Below, piece after piece: positions 57,139 through 64,000 of a stretch of 64,000 nucleotides of DNA. Under the pieces are notes generated by a model. It had not been told where the DNA came from, made no database searches, and saw only the letters and a list, made by a program, of their open reading frames with translations. Position numbers and translations under genes: made by a program. Location: positions 1 to 64,000 of IMG/VR virus record IMGVR_UViG_3300027714_000004. The stretch is one strand, 5' to 3'. Position 1 is the first letter of the stretch. Every line of letters starts with the position of its first letter. Source of the DNA: a virus.

Positions 57139-57407
57139 TTAATTTTAAGAAATACCTTGACGAGGGACGTTATTCAGTGTATGATACGCTTGAACTGGAC
57201 GAAGGCCCAGACGGTATTGCAGGAAAAGCAAAGAAGTCCGGTATCTCTTCGGAGGTATTGCAGAAAGTTTATAACCGTGGAGTTGCAGCATGGAAGACGG
57301 GTCACAGGCCCGGCACAACACCCCAGCAGTGGGGTCATGCACGAGTGAATGCCTTTATCGTTAAAAAGAAAAAGGGTGGTCTCAACCACGACAAAGATCT
57401 AGCATAA
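57135..57407 (+). CDS. Small conserved viral protein (DUF5824-like)
   Basis: MINFKKYLDE; VYNRGVAAW..GHRPG..QQWG.ARVN. Confidence 0.65.
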   Translation: MINFKKYLDEGRYSVYDTLELDEGPDGIAGKAKKSGISSEVLQKVYNRGVAAWKTGHRPGTTPQQWGHARVNAFIVKKKKGGLNHDKDLA

Positions 57408-57473
57408 GATCGCTAAATATTAATACTATTAACCGAGCACCTACTAAGGTGTTTCGCATCTAGAGGAAGTTAA

Positions 57474-58730
57474 GTGAAAAGTTTTAAAGATATACGACTA
57501 TCAGAATCTGTTGACCTAGACGAAGCCAAAGATAAAGACAACGACTATCGTAGAGTGTCTAAGGCTATAACCCAGACCCCTAAACATAAACGAGACAAGA
57601 AAGCAACCGATGCAACCCCTGCCAAGACAGACGCGAAAGCAGTTGCTCGACGCAAAGCGATTGAGAAGCACCAAGCACGATCGAAAGCGAAGAAAGATGA
57701 CTACTCATATGAGTCGGTTGAAGAAGACGCCTCTGGAATGACTGCTGCTCAGAAGAAGAAGTTCGATACCCTCTATAAAAAAATGGATGGTGGTAAAGAA
57801 CACAGGGCAATCAGACAAAAGATTCATAACCCAATCAAAGCAGACGATGCATTTCATGGTCTAGTCAAGAAGATGGCGATGGAATCTATTGACGAGAGTG
57901 CCAAAGGTCTGGTAGGTGGATTCACCGTAGAGATACCAAAGCAAACTATCTCTGGTAAAACAATCGGTGGTGGTAAAGGCGGAATCTTTGTTAAGGCGAA
58001 GACTGCTCGTCAAGCAATCAGCATGGCGGCAAAACGTCTGGGTGTTGATTTCATGATGCTTAAAGTCGGTAAGGTAGTTAAAGAAGGTGTCGAATCATTT
58101 TCTGAGTCGGTAAACCTTGAAGAAGGAAAAATGAAAGAGTTTCATGACTATATCGATCAAGGTAAATCTGCACAGTGGATTGCTAAGAAGATGGGTCTGG
58201 ACATGAAGACGGTAAAAGAATTGATGGCAGACATGAAAGAGTCTGTCGAACTTGACGAAGCATACCAACAATTCTTGGATAAGGCTCCTAACTGGGGTGA
58301 AGACAAGGCAATCTCTTATGGACGCAAGAAGGGTTACAAAGAGATTGGGGTATGTGGCCACGGTAATATAGATGGTATTGTATTGTTCGGTATGGATGCC
58401 GGTGACAAATCATATGTCGGTAAGGAAGCAAAGGTTAAGACTGGTCAAACAGTATTCCGTTATGCTACTAGACGTACTGTCGCAGGCGATATATTCCCTC
58501 TAGTTAAGATTGATGTTAAGAGAGGTATTCTATATAACCTGTCTCAGAAGTCTAGTGAAGGGGAGATTGAACACGCAGAGTTTGAGACTAAGGGAGTCAA
58601 GTTACGTTATCTTCGTCTTCTCGCTAGTGCTAACCTCCGAGACATTACTGGGTTCGATCCTGGCTTTGGTTCAATGAAAGAGTCTACTGCACTTAAAACT
58701 CTTAGCGATATCCGAGAAGCAAGATCTTAA
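57474..58730 (+). CDS. Modular probable internal head protein
   Basis: MKSFKDIRLSE; repeated ESV.LDE / MKES linkers. Confidence 0.65.
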   Translation: MKSFKDIRLSESVDLDEAKDKDNDYRRVSKAITQTPKHKRDKKATDATPAKTDAKAVARRKAIEKHQARSKAKKDDYSYESVEEDASGMTAAQKKKFDTLYKKMDGGKEHRAIRQKIHNPIKADDAFHGLVKKMAMESIDESAKGLVGGFTVEIPKQTISGKTIGGGKGGIFVKAKTARQAISMAAKRLGVDFMMLKVGKVVKEGVESFSESVNLEEGKMKEFHDYIDQGKSAQWIAKKMGLDMKTVKELMADMKESVELDEAYQQFLDKAPNWGEDKAISYGRKKGYKEIGVCGHGNIDGIVLFGMDAGDKSYVGKEAKVKTGQTVFRYATRRTVAGDIFPLVKIDVKRGILYNLSQKSSEGEIEHAEFETKGVKLRYLRLLASANLRDITGFDPGFGSMKESTALKTLSDIREARS

Positions 58731-59407
58731 TGAGAAGTTTTCGTTCTTTTATAACAGACAGTGTTGATGCCGAGAAAGAATATGGTGCGTCATTTGTCGC
58801 GTCTGCCAAGTCAGTTGGTGTGCAACGTAAGTTGACCAAAGAACTTGGTGTTAAACTCAAAGAGGTAGAGAAGTCTTTGGGTCATGGTGGTGGCGGTAAT
58901 GGACTTACGCCGGACAATGTGAAGTCGAACCCTAAGTGGAAAGCGGCAAAGAAAGCATTGGATGTCGCATTTAAGAAAGAACAACAAATGAACCAAGCGA
59001 TGTCAAAGGCGTTTGGTAAGCAGATGAAAGACTTCCGCAACAAAGATCGTAGAGGGTATATGTCTTTGTTTATCGGAGAGTCTACAGAAGTTTGTTGTGA
59101 AGACTGCGTAGAAGAACTCATCGTTGAAGACGGTGTATTCATCAACGAAGATGGTAAGAAAGATAACGTGAAACTTAACAATCCTACCCGTGGTGGTAGT
59201 AAGAAGTTTTACGTATATGTAAAGAACGAGAAAGGCAACGTGGTTAAGGTTTCTTTCGGAGATCCCAATATGGAGATCAAAAGAGATGATCCTGCACGTC
59301 GAAAGAGTTTCAGGGCAAGGCACAACTGTGCAGACCCTGGCCCGAAGTGGAAGGCACGGTACTGGTCATGTTATCAATGGCGAGCCGGTGCTAAAGTAGA
59401 TAATTGA
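58730..59407 (+). CDS. Probable internal head protein with conserved C-terminal domain
   Basis: MRSFRSFITD; KKFYVYV..VKVSFGD..RRKSFRARHNC..ARYWSC. Confidence 0.65.
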   Translation: MRSFRSFITDSVDAEKEYGASFVASAKSVGVQRKLTKELGVKLKEVEKSLGHGGGGNGLTPDNVKSNPKWKAAKKALDVAFKKEQQMNQAMSKAFGKQMKDFRNKDRRGYMSLFIGESTEVCCEDCVEELIVEDGVFINEDGKKDNVKLNNPTRGGSKKFYVYVKNEKGNVVKVSFGDPNMEIKRDDPARRKSFRARHNCADPGPKWKARYWSCYQWRAGAKVDN

Positions 59408-59412
59408 TAGAT

Positions 59413-59420
59413 TATAAATA
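59413..59420 (+). promoter_or_regulatory. T4 late promoter
   Basis: TATAAATA. Confidence 0.75.
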
Positions 59421-59533
59421 CACAAGTAACTTTTAACTAATAAGTCAACTAATATTATATTACTAATTATATCACTATATTAATAATTATATCAAGTAGG
59501 ACTTATATCATTCACACAATGGGCTGATCGAAA

Positions 59534-59842
59534 ATGGCAGATAATAACATATTACAAGACCATGTACAACGTGAAGAGTCTCGACTCGCAAGAATCGAAG
59601 ATAAGATTGACAAACTCTCGGATGCAATGATTGACCTTGCACGAGCAGAAGAAAAACTTATCAATATAGAGAAAGCAAACTCACAACATTTTGAACGAAT
59701 GAACCGTTTCTCCATGCGAATGGATGATATGGAAGATTCACTTCAAGAACAAGGAAAGACCGTTAAAGTTATGCAGTATATCATTACTCTAACTACTACG
59801 ATCTTTGCTGGTATAGTCGTCAAAGTTTTCTTTGACGCATAA
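59534..59842 (+). CDS. Coiled-coil protein with C-terminal TM helix
   Basis: RLARIEDKIDKLSDA heptads and a hydrophobic C-terminus. Confidence 0.7.
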   Translation: MADNNILQDHVQREESRLARIEDKIDKLSDAMIDLARAEEKLINIEKANSQHFERMNRFSMRMDDMEDSLQEQGKTVKVMQYIITLTTTIFAGIVVKVFFDA

Positions 59843-59859
59843 TATATTTAACGGAGACT

Positions 59860-60747
59860 ATGATGTCACACAGTACTACTAAAATTATGGAGGCTTACTT
59901 GTCAATGAAGGTCTCCGAGCAAGAAGCACTTGCCGAAGCTAAAAAGTTGGATGCAGTAGACGATAAGGCGAACGATAAGAAGTTCACTGATCGTAAAGAT
60001 AAAGATATAGATAACGACGGTGACGTAGATTCATCTGATGAGTTCTTACATAAGAAGCGTAAGGCAATCGACAACGAGATTGACGGTGGAGAGAAACCTG
60101 CTGACAATGCTAAACCTAAGAAGGGTGTTAATCCTTTCAAGAAGGAAGAAGTTGAGACTGACGAAGCACGTCAAATGAAAGATCCTAAGAAAGATTCTAT
60201 GGTCACTAAGGGTGGTAAGACTATCGTAATCGACAAGTCTAAGGAAGCAGAATACCTCAAGAAGGGTTGGACTCTATCCGAAGAAAAAGACGAAGAAGAA
60301 GATGATGTCGAGACTGATAAGAAACCTTTCCCACCTAAGAAGAAGAAGCCTGCAGATGTGGATGGTGATGTTGAAGAACCAGAAGCTGACGGAGATTCCG
60401 ATATTAAAAAGAATCCTAAGACTGCTGATAAGAAAGCAGAGATCTCTAAGATCGAAAGTGTAGATACTCGTTCTGCGTTTGAAAAGATGTGGACTGAGAT
60501 TGCTGAAGCAATGGACGCTAAGAAGGCTGCAAAAAATGCTACTGCACCGGATAAGTATGACGATACTGCTTCACCAAACGATAAGAAATTTATCGACATG
60601 CATAAGAAGTCTGACAAGAAGATCGAAGATGGCGAAGAAGCTGGACACGATGTGACCTTTAAAGCTGGTGGTAAGACTATGAAACAAGCCCCTGCTCGAA
60701 GTGGTGCAGACAATCTAAAGAACGGTGATACAAAGTCACCAAAATAA
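59860..60747 (+). CDS. Charged low-complexity protein with EF-hand-like loop
   Basis: DIDNDGDVDSSDEFL; K/D/E-rich. Confidence 0.7.
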   Translation: MMSHSTTKIMEAYLSMKVSEQEALAEAKKLDAVDDKANDKKFTDRKDKDIDNDGDVDSSDEFLHKKRKAIDNEIDGGEKPADNAKPKKGVNPFKKEEVETDEARQMKDPKKDSMVTKGGKTIVIDKSKEAEYLKKGWTLSEEKDEEEDDVETDKKPFPPKKKKPADVDGDVEEPEADGDSDIKKNPKTADKKAEISKIESVDTRSAFEKMWTEIAEAMDAKKAAKNATAPDKYDDTASPNDKKFIDMHKKSDKKIEDGEEAGHDVTFKAGGKTMKQAPARSGADNLKNGDTKSPK

Positions 60748-60766
60748 ATGATTAGGAATTGATGAC

Positions 60767-60997
60767 ATGTTTACTGATATTTTCCACTATGTTTTAAATC
60801 TATTTCGTCAGGATGATCCCACTAAAGTAGTTAGTGAAAAGACTCCTACGGCAGATACCAATCTTCGAATGATAGAAGATATGACCAAACGTGAACTAGA
60901 TGAACTAGGTAACGCTAATGGTTTGCACCTAGATCGTCGTCGTAAGAAGACTATCATGATTGCAAAACTACAGGAAGCTGGAATCCATCACGGATAA
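60767..60997 (+). CDS. Hypothetical protein (Rho-N-like helix motif)
   Basis: MTKRELDELG..GLHLDRRRKK..MI. Confidence 0.65.
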   Translation: MFTDIFHYVLNLFRQDDPTKVVSEKTPTADTNLRMIEDMTKRELDELGNANGLHLDRRRKKTIMIAKLQEAGIHHG

Positions 60998-61133
60998 TCC
61001 AGATCAGATCAAACGAACCACAGTCAGTATCGACCTTTGACTGTGGATTTCTTGTGTCTGTAGATATGTATTATCACGTCTTATCTTAGAACTAAATACC
61101 ATTTAATACTATTTAGTTTAAAGACCCCATACT

Positions 61134-61502
61134 ATGAAGTTAAATAAGAATAACCTTGTTATCTATGCTGCAAAGCACTACTACAACCCCACCCATATCG
61201 ATGGTGAAGAGTTCTTTGATGATCTCAAACGTTTTAAATACGTCAAGAGACTTGTCAATCGATATCAACTGAATGGTGACCTAGCGGAACGTCTCATTCT
61301 AAACCACCTCATTGTTATCTTCAATGTGTTTGGTCATGAGGCGGGAGTAGAGATGTTGGCATTAAAATTGCCGTTAGAACAGTGGCCAACAATCAAACCA
61401 TTCCTTGTATTTCTTCAGGCGATAAAAAATGAGGACATTACAGGTATTGATATGGATAAATACGTAGTAACCAAATTGAGAGAATTACGATGGGCATCCT
61501 AA
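61134..61502 (+). CDS. Conserved T4-like hypothetical protein
   Basis: YAAKHYYNP, EFFDDLKRFKY and RLILNHLIV.FNVFG. Confidence 0.8.
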   Translation: MKLNKNNLVIYAAKHYYNPTHIDGEEFFDDLKRFKYVKRLVNRYQLNGDLAERLILNHLIVIFNVFGHEAGVEMLALKLPLEQWPTIKPFLVFLQAIKNEDITGIDMDKYVVTKLRELRWAS

Positions 61503-62083
61503 AGTCTGCGGTAGACGTAGTATATACAATTAGATTTCTGAAACTACTCGTCACTAAGTTCGAGGATACAGGTGCGTTTAAAGCTGGTATCATTGATAAA
61601 GACGGGAAGAAAAACCCAGACTTCACTACCGATCGTATGGATGATCGCGAAGCATACCGCGAACACTATACCGCATTCCATCGTCTAGTGTTTAACCTAA
61701 AGAAGATCATGGCAAAGGCCCCTGGCGGTACTTCGGTAGTCGCTCGATATGGTGCTGCACTTGCATTGATTAAGGAACACGGAGACCTCTCGGACTCTAA
61801 TCTACAGAAGATTCATGAAGCGTCTGGTATAGATGTCATGGATATTCTAATGGAAAGTTCTCAGTGGTATGTACTGGAGAACGGGTGTGTTGGTCAGGGG
61901 GTGTACCGTATGCGTAATGACTCTATGACGACCTCTGCGGACGAACTAGTACGTAAGGGTGACCAGATCCGTATCGCGGAGGACAACCTATCACATGACG
62001 TTCTAGGCATCTCCATTTTTGAAGGAACCCACTTACGAACAGGTAGACGTGTACTGTTCTCTGCTAATGAGATAACGAAATGA
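61490..62083 (+). CDS. Conserved T4-like hypothetical protein
   Basis: RFLKLLVT.F..T.AFKAGIIDKDG and YTAFHRLVFNLKK. Confidence 0.8.
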   Translation: MGILKSAVDVVYTIRFLKLLVTKFEDTGAFKAGIIDKDGKKNPDFTTDRMDDREAYREHYTAFHRLVFNLKKIMAKAPGGTSVVARYGAALALIKEHGDLSDSNLQKIHEASGIDVMDILMESSQWYVLENGCVGQGVYRMRNDSMTTSADELVRKGDQIRIAEDNLSHDVLGISIFEGTHLRTGRRVLFSANEITK

Positions 62084-62262
62084 AAACCTACGAAGAATTC
62101 ATGAAACAGTTCGACGAAGAGATCACTAACAACACCACCGGAGTAGCTGGTGCAGGTGATAACCCAGAACAAATTGTCGTTGTACGCAAAAAACATGACC
62201 GTAAGAAGAAGCGCAAAGATGCTGCCGCTATACTCCGAAGAATATTCCCCGATAAATTCTAA
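62080..62262 (+). CDS. Small probable internal head protein
   Basis: MKTYEEF closely resembles the T4 internal-protein targeting sequence MKTYQEF. Confidence 0.65.
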   Translation: MKTYEEFMKQFDEEITNNTTGVAGAGDNPEQIVVVRKKHDRKKKRKDAAAILRRIFPDKF

Positions 62263-62334
62263 AAAAAATAGATTTACCCCTTTACAGAGTACTCATAATA
62301 CTATATAATCTATACCTACACTAAGGATTATATT

Positions 62335-62685
62335 ATGAAACTACTGCACCACGCTGACTACATGATAGTCATTCTCGAAAAGATGAATGATGTTGAAGAA
62401 GTTCTTGAAGAACTAGTTCCACACCAATTTTGTGAGAGCAATATAATCTATGTTGCTATGCAAGGTTACTCCGTTTTTGACAGAGTGTCCAAAGAAAGAT
62501 TCCTAGTACAAAATCCAGAGAGCCCGTTCAGTAATCATCTGATGTGGGAAGGACTCTTTGACTCCGCAGAACAGGAAGACTATATACAAAAGTGTTGCGA
62601 GAAGTTCTGGAACACTGGTAAGAAGATGGTTATCGAAGATTACGATTACCAAGAAGATGAACCTTTTTACGATTATAGCAAGTAA
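62335..62685 (+). CDS. Hypothetical acidic protein
   Basis: AAGGA SD; no motif recognised. Confidence 0.65.
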   Translation: MKLLHHADYMIVILEKMNDVEEVLEELVPHQFCESNIIYVAMQGYSVFDRVSKERFLVQNPESPFSNHLMWEGLFDSAEQEDYIQKCCEKFWNTGKKMVIEDYDYQEDEPFYDYSK

Positions 62686-62690
62686 AGGGG

Positions 62691-62719
62691 TTGACAAGTA
62701 GAGTCCCCTAGAGTATAAT
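62691..62719 (+). promoter_or_regulatory. Sigma70 promoter for nrdA
   Basis: TTGACA-N17-TATAAT. Confidence 0.85.
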
Positions 62720-62797
62720 ATAGCAGATCTACTACATAGAAGACATCACTAATAAAGATGTCCTGATATAACTTACACGCAATATAATGGAATAATA

Positions 62798-64000
62798 ATG
62801 ACAGTTGAAGTGAAATATGAACGGGACGAATTACTCACAGATTATGCTGTGGGTATGCTAAAAGACTTCTATATGGTCGACGGAGAGACCTCTCCTCAAG
62901 ATGCATATGCCAGAGCAGCGACTGCTTGGTCTATGTATAAAGGTCAGTTGGATGAAGTGTTGGCACGAAGACTGTATGAGTATGTTTCCAAGAAATGGTT
63001 CATGTTTTCCTCCCCCGTACTGTCAAATGCTCCGGTAGGTGATAAAAAATCTAAAGGATTGCCGATCTCATGTTTCCTTACATACGTACCTGATACGTTA
63101 GAAGGTTTAATCGAGCACTCTTCTGAGTTGCGTTGGTTGTCCGTGATGGGTGGTGGTGTCGGTGGCCACTGGGGTGACGTGCGTACGGTGTCTGACATTG
63201 CGCCTGGCCCGATTCCTTTCCTACACACAGTAGACGCAGACATGATTGCGTATCGTCAAGGGAAGACCCGTAAGGGGTCATATGCGGCATACCTAGATGT
63301 GCATCATCCAGACATTATAGAATTCCTAAATATACGTATCCCTACTGGGGACGTACAAAGGAAAGCATTGAACATTCACAATGCTATAAATATTACTGAT
63401 GAGTTTATGACCGCAGTAATAGGTAACACAGATTTTAACTTGCGTGACCCCAAAGATGGTTCAGTAAAAGAAGCTATCGATGCACGTAAGTTATGGGAAA
63501 GAATCCTTGAGGTTCGATTCCGTACGGGTGAACCGTACTTAAACTTTATTGACGCTGCGAATCGCGATCTCCCCCAACCTCTAAAGGATAAGGGACTAAA
63601 GATTCACGGGTCAAACTTATGTAATGAAATTCACTTACCGACATCAGAAGATAGAACTGCGGTATGTTGTCTGTCTTCCCTCAACTTAGAGTACTATGAG
63701 GATTGGAAGGACACCAACATTGTACGAGATATCGTCCGTATGTTGGATAACGTTCTTGAGTACTTTATTGAGAACGCACCGGACAGCATCTCTAGAGCAA
63801 GATACTCTGCGGAACGTGAAAGATCAATTGGATTGGGTGCAATGGGATTCCATTCACTCTTACAGAAACACTCTGTTGCTTGGGAGTCTGATAAAGCTCG
63901 GGAAATTAATAAAGTAGTTTTCGAGAATATTAAGAAACAAGCAGTAGAAGAGTCTTGGCTCCTTGCGAAAGAGCGAGGTGAATACTCGGACGGTTTAGGT
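62798..64000 (+). CDS. nrdA: Ribonucleotide reductase class I alpha subunit, 3' truncated (no ATP cone)
   Basis: Read by hand: FSSPVLSN, LPISCFL, GGGVG, RQGKTRKGS, GEPY, SNLCNEI and VCCLSSLN. Confidence 0.93.
   Translation, partial: MTVEVKYERDELLTDYAVGMLKDFYMVDGETSPQDAYARAATAWSMYKGQLDEVLARRLYEYVSKKWFMFSSPVLSNAPVGDKKSKGLPISCFLTYVPDTLEGLIEHSSELRWLSVMGGGVGGHWGDVRTVSDIAPGPIPFLHTVDADMIAYRQGKTRKGSYAAYLDVHHPDIIEFLNIRIPTGDVQRKALNIHNAINITDEFMTAVIGNTDFNLRDPKDGSVKEAIDARKLWERILEVRFRTGEPYLNFIDAANRDLPQPLKDKGLKIHGSNLCNEIHLPTSEDRTAVCCLSSLNLEYYEDWKDTNIVRDIVRMLDNVLEYFIENAPDSISRARYSAERERSIGLGAMGFHSLLQKHSVAWESDKAREINKVVFENIKKQAVEESWLLAKERGEYSDGLG

Noticed and set aside
1-64000. Alternative genetic code
   Set aside because: Core genes are intact under the standard code, all three stops are used, and no suppressor tRNA was found.

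Overview
This 64 kb window comes from a T4-like myovirus. Its gene content resembles marine T4-like phages, and a Gram-negative, probably gammaproteobacterial, host is inferred. Essentially all genes lie on the + strand. In order, it holds: the end of a repeat-rich tail-fibre gene; the neck, tail and head module (gp13-gp23, gp3); uvsY and uvsW; gp55, gp47, gp46, gp45, gp44, gp62 and regA; a small heat-shock protein; a DNA-modification cluster; gp43, an AEP-type primase, two nucleotide-sugar enzymes, uvsX, gp41 and dsbA; an accessory/tRNA region with a di-heme cytochrome c peroxidase, GroES and two candidate structured ncRNAs; a long block of probable capsid-internal proteins; and the start of nrdA. 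Eight tRNAs are present in all. Transcription signals are near-consensus sigma70 promoters (TTGACA-N17-TATAAT) and T4 late promoters (TATAAATA). The most notable system is a C5-cytosine 'methyltransferase' with Arg in place of the motif-X Asn, coupled to a CmoA-like carboxy-SAM synthase and an asparagine-synthetase-like amide ligase. This is a predicted 5-carboxymethylcytosine DNA hypermodification pathway, here with a ParB-like gene inserted. Second is a set of enzymes (ligase-like, PNK-like kinase, nucleotidyltransferase, nuclease) carrying T4 internal-protein-like capsid-targeting N-termini. All calls come from reading motifs by eye; no database searches or folding programs were run.
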